In this document: piece by piece, positions 9,358 to 19,071 of the stretch | Layout of the letters: each line of letters starts with the position of its first letter | Position numbering within the stretch: the first letter of the stretch is position 1 | IMG/VR virus record: IMGVR_UViG_3300032220_001630 | Span: 1-64,000 of that record | Direction: 5' to 3' (one strand) | Source of the DNA: a virus | Length of the DNA: 64,000 bases | Position numbers and translations under genes: made by a program | Notes under the pieces: model-generated | What the model was told of the DNA's origin: nothing | The model's input: the letters and a program-made list of their open reading frames with translations, nothing else | Databases searched by the model: none

Positions 9358-11679
9358 ATGGAAAAAAATAATAGTCCGGAGATCAACAGATTAAACATGG
9401 AGACTTCCAAAAATCTTGCAGAATCTTTAAAAGAATGGGCAGGATTAGATTCTCCAAAATCACAAGTTGCTTCTTCTTTCCTTAATGGATCGACCGCTCA
9501 GATGATAAAAGAATCTAACAGTAATGAATTTTCACCTAAGCCTTTAAATAATACAATATTTAGCTTTGGTCTTATTAATACTGTTTCTGCACTAAAAAAT
9601 TCAAGTCTTAATGAATTACCAGCAGGAAAGATTATGTTGGAAAGATACGAGGGTCTTCTTCTACAGAAAGGAATCTCAGAAGCTTTCCTTATTGAAGGAT
9701 TTTTAAATGACCTTAAATCTTTCTCATGGGAATCATCAGTAACTTCTGTTCTGGAAAACGTAAATTCTATCTTCGAAAATAGAAGAAGAGAGGTAGAGGT
9801 AGTAAAAGCATATGAGACTATCAAAGTAGCACCAGGGAAAGAATTATTCTCTGATGCAACTGCACAAATGAAAGATTGGTTAGTTTCTGAGAAAAAATCC
9901 TCAGATTCACTTATCCATGGTTTAAAAAGATTTGGCTTTAATCCACTTGTTAGAAATCTAGTTAGTTTCCTCTCTATATACGAAAATAAAAATCCAAACA
10001 AATTTAATCTCGGTGTAGATAATAACGTTTGCGAAGTTTCTAATGTATATTCACCAATAATGGTTACAGAGAGCGGATCTATTTTCTTCGCTGGAGGTAA
10101 ATTCCTAAAGATTAACGAGTCTGACAATTCTATATCTGAATGCTCTATGGATGAAGTACCAGTAGATTTTCAAAATAAAGCTGGTATAATTACTGACAGA
10201 GACGTTAAGATAGATGGAAATAGAATCTCATTAAATATCGGAAATAGTAAGGTAGAGATTGTATTCGAGAACGAAGAAAAGCAAATCTATTTCGACGGTA
10301 AAAGAATCAATGAATCTGATTTACCTGCTGCAGTTAGTGTTACTACTAATAGTCTTTTAGAAAATTCAAACTATAAAGCTTCTAAAGCAGCATTTATCGC
10401 TAAAAGTGCTGATGACATCGTAGATATAGATTTCGGTAAAAAGATAAAATCTAAACTGTACGAAGGAGTAGAAGCTAACATTTTCAAATTTGCAAATAAG
10501 ATATACGTTCAAACTGTTAATCCTTCTATGAGATTAAACAAAATTTATGAGGCTAATGCTACTCAAGCTATTAGCATTATAAAGGACTTTATCAAATATG
10601 ACATCTCTGAATCTTTAACTGAATTCTTACAGGGAGAGCAAGCTTTCCTAAGTGTAATGAAAAATGATAAAGCTGAGATTGTTAAGAATATCCAAATTTT
10701 AGAAAGCGAAATTGCTAAAATTGATAGAGTAAAAACAGAAAATCCTTTGATTGCAAAATCTAAAGAACTAATCAGCTTACAAGAATCATTAGAAGGAGAA
10801 TTAGAAAATCTTAAGGATAAATGGAACCAAATAAATATCGAGATCGATAGATTTGAAAAATCAGCAAATCCAATTTCGGTTAATGAAGAAATGGGTTATC
10901 CTATAGATACTGACGTTAGAATAAAAAGAAACGGTGCTAAAGGTAAAATCGTAGGTGTTGATGGAAGTTCAAAAACATATACAATTTTATTTAAGGAAGG
11001 AAAAACTGGAGAATATTTTTTCTCTGATGTTGAAGATCTAGCAGACGAAGTTGATAATTACGACATACAAACTCCCGATTTAGATCTTGAGTTTAGTGAC
11101 GATGCTAATGAATCATTAGATCAAAATTTTTCAACTGCACCTGGTCCAAAAGGAGCTACTCACTATAACAACGTTTTTATGAATATGGTGAAAAAGCACA
11201 TGGCAGCTGCTCCTGATAAGGATGCTAAAGGAAGTGCTAAATTTATAGACGACCAGAAAAATTCTAATATGGCTAGTGTTAAAGGAGAAGGTAAAAAATC
11301 TCCAGCTACTAAAAACGCTAAAGTTAAAGGTCAAAATTTAGTTGAAGCTCCAGGAAAAAGTGCAGGAAAGGGTAAGAATTTTATAGAAGATCTAAAAGAT
11401 TCTAATCTTTCAAAAGCACCATCATCTGTTATTAAAAGTGCTTCTAAATTCATCGAGGATCTTAAGGATCACAACTTAGCTCTAAAAGAAAACCAAAAGA
11501 ATTCTCATATCGAAAAAGCTCCTAAAGCAAAAGTTGCTAAGCCTAAGAAATTCATTGAGAGAGAAGAACATGCTAACTTAGAGGAAGCTCCTGGAGATCA
11601 CAAGAAAAACGGTAAAGAGTTTGTAGAAGATCAAAAGAGAGCAAATTTATCTTCTGCTCCGAAGACAAAAAAAAAGTAA
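9358..11679 (+). CDS. Large probable head/core protein with C-terminal 'NL..AP' repeats
   Basis: 773 aa; late motifs upstream; coiled coil, SH3-like segment, Lys-rich repeats; several L/I-x-E-S sites. Confidence 0.6.
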   Translation: MEKNNSPEINRLNMETSKNLAESLKEWAGLDSPKSQVASSFLNGSTAQMIKESNSNEFSPKPLNNTIFSFGLINTVSALKNSSLNELPAGKIMLERYEGLLLQKGISEAFLIEGFLNDLKSFSWESSVTSVLENVNSIFENRRREVEVVKAYETIKVAPGKELFSDATAQMKDWLVSEKKSSDSLIHGLKRFGFNPLVRNLVSFLSIYENKNPNKFNLGVDNNVCEVSNVYSPIMVTESGSIFFAGGKFLKINESDNSISECSMDEVPVDFQNKAGIITDRDVKIDGNRISLNIGNSKVEIVFENEEKQIYFDGKRINESDLPAAVSVTTNSLLENSNYKASKAAFIAKSADDIVDIDFGKKIKSKLYEGVEANIFKFANKIYVQTVNPSMRLNKIYEANATQAISIIKDFIKYDISESLTEFLQGEQAFLSVMKNDKAEIVKNIQILESEIAKIDRVKTENPLIAKSKELISLQESLEGELENLKDKWNQINIEIDRFEKSANPISVNEEMGYPIDTDVRIKRNGAKGKIVGVDGSSKTYTILFKEGKTGEYFFSDVEDLADEVDNYDIQTPDLDLEFSDDANESLDQNFSTAPGPKGATHYNNVFMNMVKKHMAAAPDKDAKGSAKFIDDQKNSNMASVKGEGKKSPATKNAKVKGQNLVEAPGKSAGKGKNFIEDLKDSNLSKAPSSVIKSASKFIEDLKDHNLALKENQKNSHIEKAPKAKVAKPKKFIEREEHANLEEAPGDHKKNGKEFVEDQKRANLSSAPKTKKK

Positions 11680-11747
11680 AAACCAATAAATTAACTGAGT
11701 CTGAGACCTCTCCTGAAGAAGGAATAGGTAACAGACTCAGTTTTATT
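11667..11747 (+). promoter_or_regulatory. Programmed -1 frameshift cassette (A_AAA_AAG plus hairpin)
   Basis: A9G immediately before TAA; 11-bp stem AACTGAGTCTG (11693-11703)/CAGACTCAGTT (11732-11742). Confidence 0.7.
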
Positions 11748-11924
11748 TTAGACGATTTAAAAGATTGTCTAGGAAAATTGAAAGAATTGGAAACTTCCAG
11801 TCTAGAAAACGGTAGAATTGGAATAGACGTAATTAAGGACTCTAAGGAAAATTTGGAAAAATTAAGGATTAATTTAGAAAATCAAATAAAAAAGTTCCAA
11901 AATAATTTCCCCGACCAGTCATGA
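11676..11924 (+). CDS. Unannotated 82-aa -1-frame extension of the 9358 protein
   Basis: Open frame VKTNKLTESETSPEEGIGNRLSFILDDLKDCLGKLKELE...NNFPDQS*; no ATG; its TGA overlaps the next ATG (ATGA). Confidence 0.7.
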   Translation, partial: VKTNKLTESETSPEEGIGNRLSFILDDLKDCLGKLKELETSSLENGRIGIDVIKDSKENLEKLRINLENQIKKFQNNFPDQS

Positions 11925-12277
11925 TCTACGTAAAAAATAAAGAGCTAAAAAGAGCTTTACTCGAAAGCAAAGAAAAAGGAGAGCTAACTAGCGAAACCGT
12001 AAAAATGTTTACTTTAATAGTAAACGGTATGTCCAAGACACATTCCTATAGAGATACAGAAGACAGAGAAGATTGCATATCTTCAGGATTAGAAGATCTA
12101 GTTAAATACTGGAACAGATACGATCCAGAAAAATCTGATAATCCCTTTGCATTTATATCCCAAATAGCACACAATGGAATGAAAAAAGGATGGAAGAAAA
12201 TTCATCCACCAAAATCAATTAAAACAATCCCTTTTTCTAGAATAGTAAGAGAAGAGAATTCAAACTATAATGTTTAA
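11921..12277 (+). CDS. gp55: Late-transcription sigma factor (T4 gp55-like)
   Basis: 'YVKNKEL', 'REDCISSGLE..VKYWNRYDPEKSDNPFAFISQIA'; region-2-only sigma. Confidence 0.82.
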   Translation: MIYVKNKELKRALLESKEKGELTSETVKMFTLIVNGMSKTHSYRDTEDREDCISSGLEDLVKYWNRYDPEKSDNPFAFISQIAHNGMKKGWKKIHPPKSIKTIPFSRIVREENSNYNV

Positions 12278-12279
12278 TC

Positions 12280-12768
12280 GTGGATATAAAAAAACTCAAG
12301 CCTTCTGATAGATTTAAGTCGGGAAAGTACTTCCCTACCAATCCAGAGAAGTATGTGGGTGATATACACAATATAATTTATAGGAGTTCATGGGAAAGAA
12401 AGTTTTGTCAATATTGTGACATTAATCCAAATATAACTAAATGGAGCTCTGAACCTTGTGCTATTCCCTATTGGAGTCCAATCGATAAAAAGGAGCACAA
12501 ATATTACGTTGATTATTACATCCAGGTTAAAAAAGCAAACGACGTATTAGAAAATTGGTTTATTGAAATAAAACCTGAAAATCAATACGACCTTAAAAAA
12601 AGACCAAAAGAACCAACCGGTAATTTAACAGAAAAGAAGATAAGGTCTTACAACGAAAAATTAAAAACCTGGATAACAAATAGAGCTAAATTCGAAGCTG
12701 CAACAAGATTTGCAGAAGCTAGGGGATATAAATTTGGAGCTATAAACGAAAGCTTCATAATGAGATGA
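12280..12768 (+). CDS. gp4: Head completion nuclease (T4 gp4-like, TnsA fold)
   Basis: 'NPEKYVGD..NIIYRSSWERKFC', 'WSSE', 'IPY', 'IEIKP', 'N.AKFEAA'. Confidence 0.88.
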   Translation: MDIKKLKPSDRFKSGKYFPTNPEKYVGDIHNIIYRSSWERKFCQYCDINPNITKWSSEPCAIPYWSPIDKKEHKYYVDYYIQVKKANDVLENWFIEIKPENQYDLKKRPKEPTGNLTEKKIRSYNEKLKTWITNRAKFEAATRFAEARGYKFGAINESFIMR

Positions 12769-13355
12769 AACCCTTTAATCAATTATTCGAAGACTACAAA
12801 CTACAAGTTTCTGGACTAACCTCTTTATCAGAGGAGTCATTTATGTTTTGGTTTAAAAATTACGTTAACCAAAAATCTGAATTTAACCCAAAAGACTTCT
12901 TAACTGGAAGAGTTTATTCTTTCGAGTATAATGACAAGATTGAAAAGAATAAAAAGTTCATAAATAAAAGACCAGTAGTATTTTTTACTGGCTTTCATAG
13001 TAAGGGAGATCAAAATTATTTTAACGGAGTAGATCTTATACTAATGCCTCCAATGATAAGAATACCTTTATTTACTAGAATACAGAGCGTTTATTCATCA
13101 CAAATAGAAAATATCATAAAGATGGATAAGCAAGGAGAAAAAAGCCAAATACAATTAAAAACAGACTATGAGGTATTGAATACAATTTTCAAAGGTATTC
13201 CATTTAAAAATGCTTATAGGTTTTGGGATCTTAAAAAAATAAGGGATGTCAAAGAAATTCCTTATGAAGAATGGACTAGAATAGTATATCTACATACGAG
13301 GTCAATTGAAGGGACCCCGATAGAAGAGATATATAATAAAAATATGCAGGTTTAA
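12765..13355 (+). CDS. gp2: DNA end protector (T4 gp2-like)
   Basis: 'GRVYSFEY', 'FNGVDL..MPP..R', 'EIPYEEW'; adjacent to gp4. Confidence 0.55.
   Translation: MKPFNQLFEDYKLQVSGLTSLSEESFMFWFKNYVNQKSEFNPKDFLTGRVYSFEYNDKIEKNKKFINKRPVVFFTGFHSKGDQNYFNGVDLILMPPMIRIPLFTRIQSVYSSQIENIIKMDKQGEKSQIQLKTDYEVLNTIFKGIPFKNAYRFWDLKKIRDVKEIPYEEWTRIVYLHTRSIEGTPIEEIYNKNMQV
13328..13335 (+). promoter_or_regulatory. Candidate late promoter for the portal genes
   Basis: GATATATA 19 nt before the portal ATG. Confidence 0.6.
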
Positions 13356-14944
13356 TGGCTGGATTTACAGATGGAAATAAAACTTTTTTTAGCTCGATAA
13401 TAGACAGCGTTAGGAAAGTTGGTAGCTTCGGGATGGCCTATGGTGATCTAGTAGTAAAAAATTCACAAGCTGTCGGTGTAACAGAAGCACAATTCTTAAA
13501 GAAAGGAGGAATAAAAGATGAGGCTTTTCTTTTTGGATTAAAAAGGTCAGATACAACTACTAAGCAATACATAGCTTATTTTGATAAGGACTTCAAAAAT
13601 AAAAGACACTATGTACAGGGATTTGCACAAAATCCAGAGATAGAGTTTATATTGGATACAGTATGTGATGAAGCAATAGTCTATGACGAGAAAAATTTCT
13701 GGGCATACTTCTCTTTCATGCAGCATGATGATGTGGATGATGACGTTGCAAAAAAAGTTCAAAAAAGATATAAAGAGATTTACAATCTCTTTGGATTTAA
13801 CCAAGACATCTTAGCTTGGCACTTATTTAGAAAATTCTTAATCGAAGGTATAATATCATTCGAAATCATATTTGACAAGAAAGGGAAAAATATCATAGGA
13901 TTTAAAGAAATAGATGCGGCTTCTTTAGTACCTACAGTTGAACAGCAGCCTGATGGATCATACGTAGATATCTGGATACAGTATCCCGATAATCCATCAC
14001 TAACAAGAAAACTTTACGATTCACAATTAATCTATATAAGTTATGCTAAAGGTGGAGGAACTTCTGCAAGAATAAGCTATATTGAAAGATTGATAAGATC
14101 TTTTAACCTCTTGAGGATAATGGAGCACACTAGAATCATCTGGAACGTGATGAATTCTTCTTTCCGTATGGCAATGACAGTTCCAATCGGTACTAAATCC
14201 CCACAAAAAGCAAAGCAAACATTAGGCGAACTTATGTCTATTTATAAAGAGGACATAAGGTTAAATACAGACAGTGGAGAATTAACAGTTGATGGGAGAC
14301 CAAAAATACAATTCTTTAAGAACTATTTAATGCCTTCATCACCAAACGGAACTCCAGATATACAGCCTTTAGCTGGCGGAGGTGATGCTAGTGCATTTTC
14401 AGATACAAAAGCTTTACAATATTTCGCTAATAAACTTAGAATAGATTCAAAAGTCCCTGCAACAAGATTTGGTAGAGACGACTCTGGATCTGAAGGTACC
14501 ATTACATTCTCTGCAGATGGATTAGATCAGGAAGAAATAAGATTTGGTAAATTTATAAACAGACTTAGATCTATTTACCAGGAGATATTAATGAAACCAC
14601 TATGGGTTCAATTCTGCTTAGATTTTCCACAGCTAAAAAATGATTATATAATTAAGTCAGAATTTGGACTAGATTATGTTAAAGAAAATATGTTCCTGGA
14701 AGCTAAGGAAATGGAGGTCATGACTGCAAGAAAGGATCAGGTTATAAAAATTCTAGGTCTTAAAGATTCAGAAGGTAAATCATACTTCAGTTTAAAATTT
14801 GCTCTCGATAGATGGTTAGGAATGACCCCTCAGGATATGTTGGATAACGAAAAAGCTAAGAAAGAAGCAGCAGAGAAAAAGAAGGAAGAGGGCAAAGAGG
14901 AAAAACCTGAAGGTGAAGGTTCTGGAGAAGAATTTAAAATATAA
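13355..14944 (+). CDS. gp20: Portal protein, copy 1 (T4 gp20-like)
   Basis: 'PEIE..LD.VCDEAIV', 'SYIER.IRSFN.LRIME', 'YF..KL....KVP.TR', 'EIRF.KFI.RLR'. Confidence 0.88.
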   Translation: MAGFTDGNKTFFSSIIDSVRKVGSFGMAYGDLVVKNSQAVGVTEAQFLKKGGIKDEAFLFGLKRSDTTTKQYIAYFDKDFKNKRHYVQGFAQNPEIEFILDTVCDEAIVYDEKNFWAYFSFMQHDDVDDDVAKKVQKRYKEIYNLFGFNQDILAWHLFRKFLIEGIISFEIIFDKKGKNIIGFKEIDAASLVPTVEQQPDGSYVDIWIQYPDNPSLTRKLYDSQLIYISYAKGGGTSARISYIERLIRSFNLLRIMEHTRIIWNVMNSSFRMAMTVPIGTKSPQKAKQTLGELMSIYKEDIRLNTDSGELTVDGRPKIQFFKNYLMPSSPNGTPDIQPLAGGGDASAFSDTKALQYFANKLRIDSKVPATRFGRDDSGSEGTITFSADGLDQEEIRFGKFINRLRSIYQEILMKPLWVQFCLDFPQLKNDYIIKSEFGLDYVKENMFLEAKEMEVMTARKDQVIKILGLKDSEGKSYFSLKFALDRWLGMTPQDMLDNEKAKKEAAEKKKEEGKEEKPEGEGSGEEFKI

Positions 14945-14947
14945 AAA

Positions 14948-16621
14948 ATGGCAGGATTCGTAGACAATTTACAAAAATTAAATCCCAATTTATCAAGAAT
15001 AATAAAGTCAATTAGCGGGCTTGGATCTTTTGGTATGGAGTACAAAGACATGGTCATTGAAGATTCCATGGCAATAGGTATTTCTGAAGCTAACCTAAGA
15101 GAAAGATTTGGCTACGGAGCAGACGACGAGGACTTTATTTACAGCATAGCTGCACAGGATTCTTCAAATAGAAAATATATTGCATATTTTGATAAGGATT
15201 ATCCAGTAAGAAGGGATTTTTTAAGAACGTTTGCACTTAATGCAGAGATAGAATACGTTTTAGATACTTTATGTGACGAAGGAATAGTTTATGACGAGAA
15301 AAATTTCTTTTGTCATCCCGCAACTATGAACATGGATCTTAAAGACGATGTTATGAAATCTTTAAGAGGTAACTTTAGAAAGCTTTATGTCCTTCACAAC
15401 TTCACAAACGGATTAACTGCTTGGCAATACTTTAGACAGCTTTTAGTTGATGGATTTTTAGCATTTGAAATAATTTATTCTAGTGACGGCAAAAATATAG
15501 TAGGATTCAAGGAATTAGATGCTACTAGTCTTACTCCTGCAGTAGAAAGAAAAGCTGACGGATCTAGAGAATCCCTTTGGTGGCAATATTACGGAGATAC
15601 AACTAGACAAAGAAAACTTTTAGATGCTCAAGTAATCTATATCTCCTATGCTAAAGCTAATACTGCAGCTAGAACTTCTTATTGTGAAAGATTAGTTAGA
15701 TCTTATAACCTTCTTAAAATAATGGAGCATTCCAGAATAATATGGAATGTAATGAATTCACAGTACAGAATAAAAATGACTGTACCAATTGGAAGTAAAT
15801 CTCCGCAAAAGGCTAAAGAAACTTTAGGCGAACTTATGTCCGTATACAAAGAGGATATAAAACTTGATACTTCATCAGGAGAACTTGCAATTAACGGAAG
15901 ACCAGATTTACAATTCTATAAAAACTATCTTTTCCCACAAAGCGGCGGTGAATCAACTAAAGTTGAGACTATAAACGCTCAAGGACCAAATCTGAATATT
16001 ATGGATTCGGTAGTTTATTTCTATAATAAATTAAGACAGGATTCTAAAATACCATATAATAGATTTTCTGCAAGATGGGGTTCAGGTAGTGCTGCAGCTT
16101 ATAAAATTCCAGCAGACGGATCAGAAAGAGACGAAGTTAGATTTGCAAAATTTATAACACGTCTAAGATCTATTTTCCAAGAAATAGTAGTAAAGCCTCT
16201 ATGGATACAAATGTGTTTAGATTTTCCACATTTAAAAAATGATTCTGAATTTAGAAGCCAAATTGGGGTTAAATTTGAGAGCGATAATACTTTTGGAGAA
16301 TCAAGAGAGATAGAGCAGCTTTTAAAACATATAGACTTCATAAATTCCTTAGGTGAAATAAAAGAAACAGTTAATGACGAAGAAGTTCAATTCTTCAATC
16401 AAGACTTCCTTATAGAAAGATGGTCAGGATTGCCATATGAAGATATAATGGCAAATAAAAAATATAAGGAAAAAGAAAAAGGTGAAGCTGCACCAGCAGA
16501 AGCTCCTGCTTCTGAAGAGACCCCAGCTGAAGAGACACCTGCTGAAACACCAGCAGAAGAAACACCAGCTGAGACCCCTGCTGAGACATCAGAGGAGGGA
16601 GGAGAAGAAACTACAACCTAA
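14948..16621 (+). CDS. gp20: Portal protein, copy 2 (T4 gp20-like)
   Basis: Colinear with copy 1 and carries the same motifs; acidic PAEET tail. Confidence 0.88.
   Translation: MAGFVDNLQKLNPNLSRIIKSISGLGSFGMEYKDMVIEDSMAIGISEANLRERFGYGADDEDFIYSIAAQDSSNRKYIAYFDKDYPVRRDFLRTFALNAEIEYVLDTLCDEGIVYDEKNFFCHPATMNMDLKDDVMKSLRGNFRKLYVLHNFTNGLTAWQYFRQLLVDGFLAFEIIYSSDGKNIVGFKELDATSLTPAVERKADGSRESLWWQYYGDTTRQRKLLDAQVIYISYAKANTAARTSYCERLVRSYNLLKIMEHSRIIWNVMNSQYRIKMTVPIGSKSPQKAKETLGELMSVYKEDIKLDTSSGELAINGRPDLQFYKNYLFPQSGGESTKVETINAQGPNLNIMDSVVYFYNKLRQDSKIPYNRFSARWGSGSAAAYKIPADGSERDEVRFAKFITRLRSIFQEIVVKPLWIQMCLDFPHLKNDSEFRSQIGVKFESDNTFGESREIEQLLKHIDFINSLGEIKETVNDEEVQFFNQDFLIERWSGLPYEDIMANKKYKEKEKGEAAPAEAPASEETPAEETPAETPAEETPAETPAETSEEGGEETTT
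16486..16590 (+). repeat. Coding (P)AEET repeats in the tail of portal 2
   Basis: PAEAPASEETPAEETPAETPAEETPAETPAET. Confidence 0.8.
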
Positions 16622-16622
16622 A

Positions 16623-16699
16623 GAAACTTAGATCAATTTAAAGTGTAAAAGAAATATACCGGTTTCATTTTTTTCTATCGGTATAAATTTCTACATTTG
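16623..16699 (+). promoter_or_regulatory. Dual promoter region of the replication operon
   Basis: GAAACTTA..TAAAA at 16623-16650; TACATTTG at 16692-16699; TATACCG/CGGTATA inverted repeat between them. Confidence 0.55.
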
Positions 16700-16716
16700 C
16701 TTTAAATTGAAATAAG

Positions 16717-18039
16717 ATGAAAAAAGAATTAGAGGTACTCCTAAAAATAGAATCTTCCACTGGAGAGGGGTCACAGAAAACAAAACAAGATCTCATTAAG
16801 CAAAACAGCAACGAGATACTTAATTATCTTTTAAAAGTAGCACTTAACCCCTTTTTAACAACTAAACTTCATAAACTTGAGGTTATAGAGAATTCTCCAT
16901 ATCTCGTGGATTATGACGTATTTGAAAAATTTCAGGATCTTACTGCTAGATTATTTAGTGCACCTGCAGCAAATGATAAATTTAGAGAAGAAGCTTTTGA
17001 GATAGTAAATTGTATAGATCTCCCGTTTGAGCACCGAAAGATGTTAGGAAAGATCCTAACAAAAAGACTGAATATTGGTATAGGAGCCAAATTGATCAAT
17101 AAAGCTTTTCCTGTTGAACTTATTCCAGATCCAAGCTTAATGCTAGCTCAAGATGATGAGGACGAAATAAAAAAATGGTCTAATATCATTTGTGAGGAAA
17201 AATATGACGGGGTAAGAATAGCTGCCTTCATATCTGGAAAGGAGGTTAAGTTCTTTACAAGGGCCTTTAATGAAATCCCTTCACATTATCTAGAAAAAAT
17301 AGCTAATGAGTGTCTTCTATTAATAGAAGCATCTGGATTAAAAGGAGAATGGTTCTTCGACGGGGAACTAACGGATCTAAATAGAAAAACAGTATCAGGT
17401 AAGGTCACACAAATGCTAAAGGGAAAACCGATGGATTCTATCGGGGACGATTTCATATTTAATGTTTTCGATCTCGAAGATGCTGAAACACTTAAAACAG
17501 GAAAAGGTGTTATACCATTCGATATGAGAAGATCTTCGCTAGAGGCCGTTTTTAAGACAAATAAGACATCTTCTGTCACACTTGCAGATTCTTTCTTAAC
17601 TAAAGAAAAAGAAGACGTATACGCTTACTATAAGAAAATAGTAGATGCTGGCGGAGAGGGAGTCATTTTAAAAAATCCTGACCATGTTTACGAGTGTAAA
17701 AGATCCAAAAATTGGATAAAACTAAAAGAGGTAAACGAATGCGATTTGGTTATCAAAGGGTGGTATCCAGGAGAAGGTAAAAGAGAAGGATTCATTGGGG
17801 GATTTATTTGTGAGGACCTTTCTGGAACTATCAAAGTAAATATAGGATCTGGTTTTACAGATGCAGATCTGAAAGAGCTAAGTCAAGATCCAGACTCGCA
17901 CATCGGAAAGGTATGTGCAGTACAATACAATGTTATAATCAGCGACAAAAATGGGAATTGGTCTTTATTTCTTCCTAGGTTCGTAGATATAAGACACGAT
18001 AAAACAAGTCCAGACAATTTAAAAGAAAAGTGTAAATGA
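16717..18039 (+). CDS. lig: ATP-dependent DNA ligase
   Basis: KYDG, FDGEL, FD, EGVILK, KRSKNWIKLK; OB-fold GSGF and FLPRF. Confidence 0.95.
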   Translation: MKKELEVLLKIESSTGEGSQKTKQDLIKQNSNEILNYLLKVALNPFLTTKLHKLEVIENSPYLVDYDVFEKFQDLTARLFSAPAANDKFREEAFEIVNCIDLPFEHRKMLGKILTKRLNIGIGAKLINKAFPVELIPDPSLMLAQDDEDEIKKWSNIICEEKYDGVRIAAFISGKEVKFFTRAFNEIPSHYLEKIANECLLLIEASGLKGEWFFDGELTDLNRKTVSGKVTQMLKGKPMDSIGDDFIFNVFDLEDAETLKTGKGVIPFDMRRSSLEAVFKTNKTSSVTLADSFLTKEKEDVYAYYKKIVDAGGEGVILKNPDHVYECKRSKNWIKLKEVNECDLVIKGWYPGEGKREGFIGGFICEDLSGTIKVNIGSGFTDADLKELSQDPDSHIGKVCAVQYNVIISDKNGNWSLFLPRFVDIRHDKTSPDNLKEKCK

Positions 18040-18986
18040 TACAAGAATTATTAACAGAGAAATTAAGGCCTAAAGAACTAAAACATATGATCCTTCCTTC
18101 AAGGATTAAAAGTTCTTTCGAAGGAGGGCTTCAACAAAATGTGTTATTGGCAGGATCCCCTGGTTCAGGCAAGACAAGTATGGCAAAGATTCTAATGAAG
18201 AATCATCCACACATTTTTATCAACGTTTCAGATGAAAGCTCAGTGGAAACAATTAGGACGAAGGTTCACGATTTTTGTTCTACTGTTTCTATTATGGATG
18301 GCGAGAATCAAACTAAGATAGTAATACTAGACGAGTTTGATGGTGCTTCAGATCAGTTCTATAAAGCCTTAAGGGGAACTATTGAAAAATACGCTAAAGG
18401 AACGAGATTTGTGGCTACCTGCAATTATCTAAATAAAATACCAGATGCTATTAGATCAAGGTTTGAGGTTTATGATTTTGATCCAATCAATAAGCAAGAA
18501 GAGCTAGAGATACAACAACAATGGAAGGACAGAATAAGTAAAATACTTTCCGCTCTTTCAATTAATCACGATGATAAAACCTTAGATCTTTTTACTAAAA
18601 GATATTTTCCAGATATGAGGTCCGCTCTTAATACTATACAGAGATGGAACATTGATGGCGTTACAGACCTAACAGAATCTAAAATAAATGAGGTATTATG
18701 GGATCACGAGGAAATATTTGAACTCATCTTCTCTAAACCAGACCCTGTAAAAAATTATCAATACGTAGTAGGTCAATATTCATCTAAAACTAATGAAGTT
18801 ATGTCTTCATTAAGTTCAGATTTCATAAAGTGGATACAAGAGAAAAGACCACAGAATGCAAACCTAATACCTGGGATAATAATCACAGTAGCAAAATATC
18901 AAGCAGAAAGGAATCTAGTTATAGATCCAGTCGTTAGTTTGTTGGCTCTGATTTTTACAATACAACAGATGGCAAATAAAAGCTAA
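18036..18986 (+). CDS. gp44: Clamp loader large subunit (T4 gp44/RFC-like)
   Basis: EKLRP, GSPGSGKTS, ILDEFD, TCN, IRSR, FPDMR. Confidence 0.92.
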   Translation: MIQELLTEKLRPKELKHMILPSRIKSSFEGGLQQNVLLAGSPGSGKTSMAKILMKNHPHIFINVSDESSVETIRTKVHDFCSTVSIMDGENQTKIVILDEFDGASDQFYKALRGTIEKYAKGTRFVATCNYLNKIPDAIRSRFEVYDFDPINKQEELEIQQQWKDRISKILSALSINHDDKTLDLFTKRYFPDMRSALNTIQRWNIDGVTDLTESKINEVLWDHEEIFELIFSKPDPVKNYQYVVGQYSSKTNEVMSSLSSDFIKWIQEKRPQNANLIPGIIITVAKYQAERNLVIDPVVSLLALIFTIQQMANKS

Positions 18987-18990
18987 AAAA

Positions 18991-19044
18991 GCATAGTATA
19001 CTACTCGTTAGGTATTGTTTTCTTGGCTAACGCATAGTATACTA
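18991..19044. repeat. Duplicated palindrome / long hairpin
   Basis: GCATAGTATACTA twice, 41 bp apart, with inner CGTTAG/CTAACG arms. Confidence 0.7.
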
Positions 19045-19071
19045 GGCATTTTTATACAAATAAAAACACGA

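Noticed and set aside
13355-16621. Portal pair as a split gene or assembly duplication
   Set aside because: Each copy is full length and they are too diverged to be an assembly artefact
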